Shown: positions 9,812 through 18,211 of the stretch, one piece after another
Numbering within the stretch: position 1 is the first letter of the stretch
Layout of the letters: each line of letters starts with the position of its first letter
Source of the DNA: Candidatus Omnitrophota bacterium
GTDB lineage: Bacteria; Omnitrophota; Omnitrophia; Omnitrophales; Aquincolibacteriaceae
Direction: 5' to 3'
Assembly (NCBI GenBank): GCA_003140935.1
Contig: PLLJ01000045.1
Location: forward strand, 2,767 to 66,766
Length of the DNA stretch: 64,000 nt
Made by a program: the position numbers and the translations under genes
Notes under the pieces: generated by a model
The model's database searches: none
What the model saw: only the letters and a program-made list of their open reading frames with translations
Told to the model about the DNA's origin: nothing

Positions 9812-10695
9812 TTAACGACCCCCAGTTTTTTGAGGACTTCCGCGAGCTTCTTCGCGTTCTCGGGTCTCATCGCGCAAAGCGGCATCCGGAATTCGGGCTT
9901 GATCTTTCCCATCATCCCGAGCGCCGTTTTCACCGGGATCGGATTCGTCTCCATAAAGACGGCTTTGGAGACCGGATAAAGCATCTTATGGATCGAACGC
10001 GCTTCTTCCATGTTCCCGTTCAATGCCGCGGTCACCAGATTCTTCACAAGTCTCGGTGCGATGTTCGCGACGACCGAGATCACGCCGCGCGCGCCGATTG
10101 CGATCAGAGGGAAATTCAGGGAATCCTCCCCTGAAAGGACCGGCAGGTCGCAAAGCTGCATGATCTGATCGGCCTGGTCCATGCTGCCGCTCGCTTCTTT
10201 GATCGCGACGATCGTATCGATCTTGGAAAGACGCGCCACGGTCTCGGGAGCGATGGAGACCCCCGTGCGTCCCGGCACATTGTAAAGCACGATAGGTATA
10301 TCGACGCGACGGGCGAGATATTGATAGTGACGGAAAAGGCCTTCCTGTGTCGGCTTGTTATAATACGGGGTCACGACTAGCACGCCGTCCGCATTGATCC
10401 TTTTGGCATGCTGGATCAGACCGAGCGCCTCGGTCGTATTGTTCGAGCCGCAACCGCAGATCACGGGGATCCGGTGATGGATATACTCGACCACGAACGA
10501 CATGGCCGCGCGATGTTCGATATGCGACATCGTGGCGGATTCGCCCGTCGTGCCGCACGGAACGATCACGTCCGTGCCTTCCTTGAGGTGAAAATCCAAG
10601 AGCCCCTTGAGCGCTTTTTCGTCCACCTTCCCGTTACGGAACGGTGTCACAAGCGCGACCATCGAACCTTCGAAAACAGATCTCTTTTTTTTCAT
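9808..10695 (-). CDS. dapA: 4-hydroxy-tetrahydrodipicolinate synthase
   Basis: PCGTTGESATMSHIEH and the YNVPGRTG motif. 295 aa. Confidence 0.9.
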   Translation of the reverse strand: MKKKRSVFEGSMVALVTPFRNGKVDEKALKGLLDFHLKEGTDVIVPCGTTGESATMSHIEHRAAMSFVVEYIHHRIPVICGCGSNNTTEALGLIQHAKRINADGVLVVTPYYNKPTQEGLFRHYQYLARRVDIPIVLYNVPGRTGVSIAPETVARLSKIDTIVAIKEASGSMDQADQIMQLCDLPVLSGEDSLNFPLIAIGARGVISVVANIAPRLVKNLVTAALNGNMEEARSIHKMLYPVSKAVFMETNPIPVKTALGMMGKIKPEFRMPLCAMRPENAKKLAEVLKKLGVVK

Positions 10696-11591
10696 AGAAA
10701 ATATTCCCCTTTGTAAACGAATTGGGCTTTGCCTTCTAAAAAGACTTGGGTGATCTCATTACCTTTTTGCCGCATCTCGATCCGGAGCTTTTCGCCGCTT
10801 TTTGTCAGAACCTGGACGGGCGATTCGACATAGCCCTTGAGAACGCTTACGACCGCCGAGGCCGTAGTCCCCGTGCCGCAGGCGAGCGTTTCGTTCTCCA
10901 CGCCGCGTTCGTAGGTCCGGACCGTGATCTCTTTCTTGCTTTTCACTTCCACAAAATTCACGTTCGTTCCGAACGGCTGGAAACGCGGGTGGTTCCGGAT
11001 GGCCTTACCGTTCTCAAAGACCCCTGTTTTCCCTAGATCTTCCACGAAGATCACCACGTGCGGCACGCCAGTATCGAGAAAGGCGTAAGGGAAACGGTGC
11101 TTCACCACCTCCAGGACCCCGTTCATCTCAAAAATACGCGGCTTCGCGAGCTGGACCCTGACGCTGTCCCGGGGTCCGACCGCGGCTTCGATCATCCCCG
11201 ACCCGGATTCAAAGGTCATGCGCGAAGAATATTTTAAAACCTCATGGGCATAGAGCGCGATGCAACGGAACCCGTTCCCGCACGCCGCGGCCTCCGACCC
11301 GTCCAGATTAAGGATCCGCATCTTAAAATTCGCCCTCTTGGAATTTTCAAACAGCAGGACCCCGTCCGCTCCCGCACCCTGATGGGGACGGCAAACCTCC
11401 CGGGTAAAGGCGAGCGCGTCTTTCACGACCCCCTGGCGGTTATCCACCACGACGAAATCGTTCCCCGAAGCGACCATTTTGTAGAACGGAATAGAGTTTT
11501 TCATATAAAGGCTTGCCAGTCTTTTGGTTACAAGCTGGTGTATTGTATCAAAAATCCTGGGAACGGGGAAAGGGAAACGCTTTTTTACCAT
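10692..11591 (-). CDS. dapF: diaminopimelate epimerase
   Basis: FYKMVASGNDFVVVDNR, plus the two catalytic Cys contexts ACGNG and ACGTG. The true start is probably the internal MKNSIPF (ATG about 11504), because the upstream 29 codons cover an intergenic repeat. Confidence 0.88.
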   Translation of the reverse strand: MVKKRFPFPVPRIFDTIHQLVTKRLASLYMKNSIPFYKMVASGNDFVVVDNRQGVVKDALAFTREVCRPHQGAGADGVLLFENSKRANFKMRILNLDGSEAAACGNGFRCIALYAHEVLKYSSRMTFESGSGMIEAAVGPRDSVRVQLAKPRIFEMNGVLEVVKHRFPYAFLDTGVPHVVIFVEDLGKTGVFENGKAIRNHPRFQPFGTNVNFVEVKSKKEITVRTYERGVENETLACGTGTTASAVVSVLKGYVESPVQVLTKSGEKLRIEMRQKGNEITQVFLEGKAQFVYKGEYFL

Positions 11592-11691
11592 GGGGACTCG
11601 GGACTTGTGCCTCGGGACTCGTTTAAAGAAGAATTTTCGAGTCCCTAGTCCCGTACTGAATGACGGGTAGAAATTAATGGTTATTCAGTAC
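11592..11691. repeat. intergenic repeat cluster: GGGACTC/GAGTC heptads plus D-like hairpin
   Basis: ggggactcgggacttgtgcctcgggactcg faces cgagtccctagtcccg. Then comes the hairpin gtactgaat-(21 nt)-attcagtac. The aatgagagccag + acgagtc motif at 11716-11747 recurs at 28203-28240. Confidence 0.7.
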
Positions 11692-11751
11692 TGCACTGGC
11701 TTCCAATAAAAATTTCAATGAGAGCCAGGCGAACTACGAGTCTCGCGAAAA

Positions 11752-12930
11752 TTATACGAGTATAATTTTAGCAGGTTCGAAACCGTTGAAATTGGGGACG
11801 GCGCTGGCCGAAGAGTAGGCGCCGATATTCTTGGCGTAAACCACATCCCCGACATAAAGCTCGGGCAGTTCTTCGTCATTGGAAAGAATATCGAAGGAAT
11901 CGCAGGTGGGTCCGGCCAGCGTGGTCTTGTATTTGGCCCCGCGGCGCAGGGTCTTGAACTCGTACTTGCAGTGGTCAAAGACCATCCCGGAAAAATCCTG
12001 ATAAACACCGTCGTTCAGGTAATAGAAATTCTGATTGTCACGGAACGCGCGGCCGATCACCTGCGTCACAAGGATCCCCGCAGGACCGGCGAAAAAGCGC
12101 CCCGGTTCCGCGATGAATTCCGTTTGTTTCGAAAAAAGCGACTTCATCTGCTTGCGGATCTCGGCGGCCATACGCTCAAAATTGATGCCGATCTCGTTCT
12201 CGAAATGCTGGATCGGGAACCCGCCGCCGATATCGACGGTCTTAAGCGGCATGTCGTTCTCCCGGGCCTCCCGGAAAATAGCCGCCGTCAGCTCGAGCGC
12301 CTGAAGATAATTCTCCACGTTCGTGGATTGCGACCCGACATGGAAGCTCACGCCCCGGGGCACCAGCCCGAGGTTCTTGGCTTTCCGCAAAAGATAAAAG
12401 GCCTGGTCCGGTTCCGCCCCGAATTTGAGCGAGAGCTGCACCACGCTCCCCCGGTTCGCGACCTTGATGCGGATGATCACGTGCGCCTTGGGGAAATTCT
12501 CCGCGATCTTGTAAAGTTCGGCCTCGTTGTCAAAGGTCATGAGACGTACCCGCCGGCGGCGGGCCGTGATGAGATCTTCCTTGGATTTGATGGTATTGGC
12601 GAAAATGATGCGGCTCGGGGACACGCCGTGCCTCAGGACCGCTTTCATTTCCGCGGCGCTCGCCACGTCGAAACTGGTGCCGAGTTCCGCGAAGGTCTTC
12701 ACGATCTTCGGATGCGGGTTGGCCTTGATCGCGTAGTAAGGCGTGACTTCCGGAAAGGACTTCTTGAAGCGGGCGAATTGTCTCTCAAGCACGCTCTCGC
12801 GGATCAGCATAAAAGGGGTCTTATGCTTTTTGAGCATCATGCGGATAAGGTTCTCGGCCCCGGAGATCTCGACCGGCTTGGGCTTTTCCAAAGGCGTTTG
12901 AACGGGTGCGTCCAGAACGAGTTGTGCCAT
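11752..12930 (-). CDS. PLP-dependent ornithine/lysine/arginine decarboxylase (alanine-racemase fold, ODC-like)
   Basis: YYAIKANPHP (PLP lysine), GGGFP and GPTCDSFD motifs. 392 aa. Adjacent to homospermidine synthase. Confidence 0.8.
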   Translation of the reverse strand: MAQLVLDAPVQTPLEKPKPVEISGAENLIRMMLKKHKTPFMLIRESVLERQFARFKKSFPEVTPYYAIKANPHPKIVKTFAELGTSFDVASAAEMKAVLRHGVSPSRIIFANTIKSKEDLITARRRRVRLMTFDNEAELYKIAENFPKAHVIIRIKVANRGSVVQLSLKFGAEPDQAFYLLRKAKNLGLVPRGVSFHVGSQSTNVENYLQALELTAAIFREARENDMPLKTVDIGGGFPIQHFENEIGINFERMAAEIRKQMKSLFSKQTEFIAEPGRFFAGPAGILVTQVIGRAFRDNQNFYYLNDGVYQDFSGMVFDHCKYEFKTLRRGAKYKTTLAGPTCDSFDILSNDEELPELYVGDVVYAKNIGAYSSASAVPNFNGFEPAKIILV

Positions 12931-12937
12931 CTAATGA

Positions 12938-14446
12938 TTATACTCTTTCATCCACGAGGAACGAGTTGAATTGCCAAAGGGCTTCTTCTCCGGGGGCTTC
13001 GGAACCGAATTTCATGTATTTCTTGTTAAGGTTCTGAAGCGGCGTCCAGTCCGAAGGAATTGAAATGAAAGGAACGATGTAGGGCGTCACGAATTTCAGA
13101 ATGAATTCGTGATCGATGTCGTCGGGGAGCAGGAATCCTTCCTTGGGATTTTGGATCATCCAAAGCGCCGCGGCGACGACCGAGACCGCGACCTGGAGCG
13201 TCGTGGCCTGCTGATGCGCCACAAGTTTCCGCGTGGTGTGGATATCGAGAAGACTGCCGCACCACCAGGACTTGAAATCATGCCCCATGAGAAGCACGCC
13301 GAGCTCGTCGCGTCCTTCCGTGATGTCGTCGGCAAGAGTGCGCTGTTTTTCCTGCATCTTGTACTGGCGCATCCTGAGCTCATGGAGCGAAAGGACCGCC
13401 GAATCCGAAGGACAATAGGCGTAATGAACGGTCGGGCGATAGACCGCCTTGCCGTTTTCCCAGACCGTCAACCGGTCCGAAAGACTGTACGCCTCTCCGT
13501 GACGGATCACCATGCCGTTGATCTCGCCGCACGGCACCCAGGACCGGACCAGCGTGTTCATGCCGAGCGTCCCGAGACAGATCTGGTTCTTCGGACCTTC
13601 CTTGTGCTCGTACCCGTCCTTGGGGAATTCCTTTTCGTGCGTCCCCCATCCCATCTCGGCCGGGGCCACGCCTTCCTCATAGAAACCTTCGATCGACCAC
13701 GTGTTCACGAATTCGTTCACCTGCTTCGGAACATCCGTGATTTGCGTGTCGCGTTCGCTGACGTGGATGACTTTGACGCCGGTGATCTCGGCAAGTTTCG
13801 GAAAATTCTTTTCTTCAAGATACTTTTTGAGGTCCCCGGCGCGCGGGTCCGCGGATTTTTCTTTGAGGATCTTTTTCGCGATATCGATCAGGGCCTTTTT
13901 CGTGAAATGCGAAACAAGCCCGGGGTTCGCGCCGTGGTCCACGATCGCCGTGGCGCCTTTTTCGCGCCCCCACTTCGCCTCCATCAGCTTGCGGAGTTTC
14001 ATGTGACGGGCATAAAGCGTGTACTTAGTCGGGTCCGTCCGCTTATCATCGAGGTACGGGTCCCACACTTCGACCGAGGTGTTCACATAAAGCACCTCGT
14101 TCGTGCGGCACCAGTCCAGGATCTCCCAGCAATCGATGTTCCACGCGAGATCGATGATCATGTCTCCCGGCCCCGCGTACTTGGCCAGAAGCTTTTTGTA
14201 ATTGTCCTGGGTGACCTTGTCGAAGACGTATTTCACGCCGCGCTTGAGGGCGTCCTTCACGCGGGGGCGGTGGTCCACGAAATCCATGATCGTGATCTTC
14301 GAGGCCGGCATATCGAAGTGGCGCAGGACCAGCGGCACGGCGCATTGCGCGACGCCGCCGCAGCCGATCATGAGAAGCCTGCCGCCGAACTTCACTTTTG
14401 TTTTTGGAATGACCGCTTGGGCCTTCGGGTATTTAAATCCGCTCAT
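12938..14446 (-). CDS. hss: homospermidine synthase
   Basis: Long stretches match my memory of bacterial HSS: MIGCGGV, GANPGLVSHF, SERDTQ, VNTWSIEGF, PAEMGWGTHE, VYRPTVHYAYCPSDSAVLSLHE, DELGVLLMGH, DWTPL, WQFNSFLV. I start it at ATG 14446 (MSGFKYPK, preceded by GGAGAGAGAAAG). The 45-codon extension in the track ORF is rejected. Confidence 0.85.
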   Translation of the reverse strand: MSGFKYPKAQAVIPKTKVKFGGRLLMIGCGGVAQCAVPLVLRHFDMPASKITIMDFVDHRPRVKDALKRGVKYVFDKVTQDNYKKLLAKYAGPGDMIIDLAWNIDCWEILDWCRTNEVLYVNTSVEVWDPYLDDKRTDPTKYTLYARHMKLRKLMEAKWGREKGATAIVDHGANPGLVSHFTKKALIDIAKKILKEKSADPRAGDLKKYLEEKNFPKLAEITGVKVIHVSERDTQITDVPKQVNEFVNTWSIEGFYEEGVAPAEMGWGTHEKEFPKDGYEHKEGPKNQICLGTLGMNTLVRSWVPCGEINGMVIRHGEAYSLSDRLTVWENGKAVYRPTVHYAYCPSDSAVLSLHELRMRQYKMQEKQRTLADDITEGRDELGVLLMGHDFKSWWCGSLLDIHTTRKLVAHQQATTLQVAVSVVAAALWMIQNPKEGFLLPDDIDHEFILKFVTPYIVPFISIPSDWTPLQNLNKKYMKFGSEAPGEEALWQFNSFLVDERV

Positions 14447-14587
14447 TTTCTCTTTCTCTCTCCGTCCGTTCAATGAAGAAGGGACGAATACTACATCAAA
14501 AAAAAATCCACAGCAAGAAATACCATGGGGAAAACGCGTCGGGGGAAGAGAACGGCGTCCCAATCCTCCGAGACATCTCAAGGGTTG

Positions 14588-14722
14588 ATTGGGACTGTCC
14601 TAATACTTATCAATTTCCGCACAACGGAAATTGGGGCTGTCCAAGTCAGCCATCCTGGAAATAAAACGAAAGACTTGGACTGCACTGAACTTCCATTAGG
14701 TTTTATGGGTTGTTCAGTGCGG
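14588..14722. repeat. composite intergenic hairpin element (modules C-A-D)
   Basis: Module C is caatttccg-cacaa-cggaaattg, flanked by ggactgtcc/ggggctgtcc. Module A is gtccaagtc-(A-rich 24 nt)-gacttggac. Module D is gcactgaac-(21 nt)-gttcagtgc. A near-identical copy lies at 39686-39814. Confidence 0.85.
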
Positions 14723-14735
14723 CCGGTTTATCGGA

Positions 14736-15434
14736 TCATTTTTCTTCGAACCAGTCCACCTTGCCGGTCTTAACATCGTAGATCGCGAGAACGATCTTGA
14801 GCGTGCCTTGGGCGACCCGGTCCCGGATCTCTTCGCTGTTGGCCCGGAGGTCCCTTTCCACCTGGAAGACATTCTGTTTGATCACCTCATGGGTCAGCGC
14901 GGCGTCCTTCAGGTCCGGATTTTCCAGTTCTACTTCCTTCACGACGGGTATGATCTGTTCCTGAATATCGTGGAGACTCCCCTCAAGCTTCTCCCCCGAG
15001 ACCGCGGCCCCGACCGCTCCGCATTGCGTGTGACCCAGGACCACCAGCAGAGGCACATGCAAATGACCGGCCGCGTACTCCAGGGAACCGACCACACTGC
15101 TGTCCACGGCGATGTTCCCCGCGACCCGCACTACAAAAATATCTCCGATCCCCCGGTCAAAAACCGTTTCCACCGGCACCCTCGAATCCGCGCATCCGAG
15201 CACGACCGCAAACGGTTTTTGGCCGTTCACGGCGGTCTCTTCCCGTCTCGCATTATTTGCGTCGGGATGCTCCATCTTCATGGCGACAAAACGGGCGTTC
15301 CCTTCTTTGAGCAGCGCGAGCGCTTCCTCCGCGGTCTGTTCCGTGCCTTCGCCCGCGAACACCGGACCGGTCTGTGCTGCGATCCCTATCATCCCTATGG
15401 CAAAAAAAACGGCCCTGAAATTTTTTATCTTCAT
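14736..15434 (-). CDS. beta-class carbonic anhydrase, secreted
   Basis: CADSRVP and HTQCGAV zinc-ligand motifs. Has an N-terminal signal peptide. Confidence 0.85.
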   Translation of the reverse strand: MKIKNFRAVFFAIGMIGIAAQTGPVFAGEGTEQTAEEALALLKEGNARFVAMKMEHPDANNARREETAVNGQKPFAVVLGCADSRVPVETVFDRGIGDIFVVRVAGNIAVDSSVVGSLEYAAGHLHVPLLVVLGHTQCGAVGAAVSGEKLEGSLHDIQEQIIPVVKEVELENPDLKDAALTHEVIKQNVFQVERDLRANSEEIRDRVAQGTLKIVLAIYDVKTGKVDWFEEK

Positions 15435-15558
15435 GGGGGCCTCCTTGATTGGGTGGGTAGTATAAACCTGATTTTTATTGCGTTCCAGAAAAAGCAGATC
15501 GAGTCGAAGGATACCGTTCTATTCCCCGTGGATCGCGGCCCGTATTCGGTGGCTTTCG

Positions 15559-15921
15559 CTAGATCACCTGGACCGATTTTGCGACCTTCGTATAACCGTC
15601 CGTACCCACCACGTATCTCACGGAAACACTGTTTCCCTTGAGCCAGCCCAAACTCATCGAACTCCCGTCTTTGCCCGTGATGGTGGCGTCGGGCGCTAGG
15701 ACAAAAACTGTTTGGAGCCCTTCCGCGTCCCGGATCGTCACTTGCTGGAATTTTCCTTGTTGGCCGTCCCGCTCCGCCACCTCATCAACCTTGCCGGTAA
15801 AGATCTCGCCCGGAAGCTTGACCGGAGGGGTGTACTTAGCCAAGATCTCTCCGGTAAAACATACGGAGCTGACGCATAAGATCATTCCTAATATAAAAAA
15901 TTTCTTTTTCATGGGTTCCAT
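15559..15921 (-). CDS. small secreted protein, unknown function
   Basis: Signal-like MKKKFFILGMILCVSSVCFTG (alternative start 15912). Plausible composition. Confidence 0.45.
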   Translation of the reverse strand: MEPMKKKFFILGMILCVSSVCFTGEILAKYTPPVKLPGEIFTGKVDEVAERDGQQGKFQQVTIRDAEGLQTVFVLAPDATITGKDGSSMSLGWLKGNSVSVRYVVGTDGYTKVAKSVQVI

Positions 15922-16116
15922 CTCCTTATTTTTTAATATGAACCCCGCGATGCGGTCAACGCGCTTTTCCCCTTTTTAAGGAATGGGGTCTGGCATCTTT
16001 ATCGAACATTTCCCGCAAAATCTTGATACTCGCATCTTTCCCGACGTCGCACACGTCGCCCATCGGACGTGGCGGCAGGCGTACTTGCGCATCTGCGCAA
16101 GTGCCGTTCCTCCGAT

Positions 16117-16917
16117 TCAGCGGGGAAGATTTTTTAAAAAATTACCGATCCCGTCGAGGTAGGCCTGTCTTGATTCCAGGAATGCCGTATTATGCCCGCC
16201 TTGGATCCTGAGGAACTGTTTCGGCGGTCCCGCGGCTTCGAAGAGCTTCTCCCCCAACGCGTAAGGCACGATCTCATCGTCCGTGCTGTGAACGATCAGT
16301 TTGGGACAGCGGAGGCCCCTGATCTTGGAAACCGAGTCGAACTTCGACCCGAGCACGAAAAAAGGGACCCACGGGAGCACGCGCGGGGCCATGTCTTTGA
16401 CCGACGAGAACGTCTCCTCCGTGACGAGCGCCTTCACTTCTTTGCGGGAGGCCAGGTCGACGGCCACGGCGCCGCCGATCGATTCGCCGTAGAGAAGGAC
16501 CCGGGCGGCGGAGAGGCCGCGCTTTTTTGTAAGATACTCATAGGCCGCGTCAGCGTCCCTGTATAACCCGGTCTCCGAAGGAGTGCCCTGGCTCTTACCG
16601 TATCCCCGGTAATCGAAAATGAACACGCTCAGACCGAGCTCCCGCAAAAGAACGATCTTTTCGAGCCGGTGGCTTATGTTGCCCGCATTGCCGTGAAAGA
16701 AAAGCAGCGTCTGGGCCGCGCCCGGGACCGGAAAATACCAGCCGTTCAGCCGCTGGTGATCGGCGGTCTCAAAATAAACATCCTCATAAACCAACCCGAA
16801 GGCCCGGGGATCCGCCTCGAGGGTTTTCATCGGAAAATAAATGCTGAACTTTTCAAGAAAACGGACCGCGACCACGAAAACAACGACCGCCGCAAGACAC
16901 CCGAGAAAAAACCGCAT
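16117..16917 (-). CDS. alpha/beta hydrolase (S33/BAAT-like), membrane anchored
   Basis: N-terminal TM, HGNAGN oxyanion region, nucleophile elbow GESIGG, and a C-terminal D...H context. Confidence 0.75.
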   Translation of the reverse strand: MRFFLGCLAAVVVFVVAVRFLEKFSIYFPMKTLEADPRAFGLVYEDVYFETADHQRLNGWYFPVPGAAQTLLFFHGNAGNISHRLEKIVLLRELGLSVFIFDYRGYGKSQGTPSETGLYRDADAAYEYLTKKRGLSAARVLLYGESIGGAVAVDLASRKEVKALVTEETFSSVKDMAPRVLPWVPFFVLGSKFDSVSKIRGLRCPKLIVHSTDDEIVPYALGEKLFEAAGPPKQFLRIQGGHNTAFLESRQAYLDGIGNFLKNLPR

Positions 16918-16939
16918 TCACCCTCTCCTTTGCTTCAAA

Positions 16940-18097
16940 TCACCCCTTCACCACTCCGAGCGGCGAAAGTTCCACCCAAATATCCACGAGGTCGGACTGG
17001 TGTTTTATCACCTCGGCAATATCCTTATAAGCTCCCGGCGCCTCGTCCAACTCATGGGCGCTCCGGATGCCGTGCAAGATCCCTTGCTCGTCCATTTTCC
17101 GAATCTCTTCCTTGAGATCCAATGTTCTCTCCGCCTGTTTTCTTCCCATCTTCCGGCCCGCGCCGTGGGAACAGGACTCAAAACTTTCCGGGTTCCCCTT
17201 CCCCCGGACGAGATAACTGGAAGCGCCCTGCGAGCCCGGAATAATTCCGACCTCCCCTTTTTTCGCCGAAGTCGCACCTTTGCGGTGGACCCACACGTCC
17301 TCGCCGAAATGATGCTCTTTGCGCGCGTAGTTGTGGGCGATATTGATGAGCGGCTCGAAGGAACAGCCGGTGTGCCTCAAAAAACATTCGCCGATCCTTT
17401 CCATCATGAGCTTCCGGTTCTTAAAGGCGAACTCCACGCAGTAATTCATTTCCTCGATATAAGCCCGTCCTTCTTCGCTTTCCTCCGGAAGATAGGCGAG
17501 CTGGTGTTCCGGCGGCACGGGAGAATGCCACTTCGCGTTCAAACGTATCGCGATCCTGTTGTAATGGTCCGCGACCTGTTTGCCGAGGTTCCGGCTCCCG
17601 CTGTGCACCATGATCCAAAGGGCCCCGTCCGAACCTTTCTGGACCTCGATGAAATGGTTCCCGCCCCCGAGCGTCCCGACCTGGAAGATCGCGCTCCGGT
17701 ATTCCCGTTCGCAGACCACGCCTTTGGGGAATGATCTTCCGGGCATACATGCGTCGTCCTGCCGGTCCTTGTGATGGTTAAAACCCACGGGCACCGCCGC
17801 CTTGATCTCTCCCAGGATCTTTTTCAGCTTTTCCCGCTCGAGACTTTCAAGGCTCGTCCGCATGACGCACATGCCGCAGCCGATGTCCACGCCGACGGCG
17901 TTGGGAATGATCATGCCTTTCGTCGCGAGCACGCCGCCGATGGGCATCCCGTATCCCAGATGACTGTCGGGCATCACCGCGATATGTTTGAAAGCGAAGG
18001 GAAGATTGGCGAGGTTCCGGAGCTGGCCCATGGCGCCTTCCTCGATGTCCTCGAGCCACATCTTGATCGGAATCTTTTCAGTCGTGCAGACCCGCAT
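16940..18097 (-). CDS. rtcB: RNA-splicing ligase RtcB family
   Basis: PDSHLGYGMPIGGV, DIGCGM, HSGSRNLG, HNYA, GSQGASSYLVRG and SCSHGAGR motifs. No rtcA or rtcR nearby. Confidence 0.88.
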   Translation of the reverse strand: MRVCTTEKIPIKMWLEDIEEGAMGQLRNLANLPFAFKHIAVMPDSHLGYGMPIGGVLATKGMIIPNAVGVDIGCGMCVMRTSLESLEREKLKKILGEIKAAVPVGFNHHKDRQDDACMPGRSFPKGVVCEREYRSAIFQVGTLGGGNHFIEVQKGSDGALWIMVHSGSRNLGKQVADHYNRIAIRLNAKWHSPVPPEHQLAYLPEESEEGRAYIEEMNYCVEFAFKNRKLMMERIGECFLRHTGCSFEPLINIAHNYARKEHHFGEDVWVHRKGATSAKKGEVGIIPGSQGASSYLVRGKGNPESFESCSHGAGRKMGRKQAERTLDLKEEIRKMDEQGILHGIRSAHELDEAPGAYKDIAEVIKHQSDLVDIWVELSPLGVVKG

Positions 18098-18211
18098 GCC
18101 TGCCTCCTTAGGCCTTAGTTCATAGCTAGAAACGATTGGCTATCAGCTACCGGGTATCTTTCTACGGCGTCAGGTTTACCGGTTTACAGGAATCGATGCC
18201 TGGCTTTTCAT

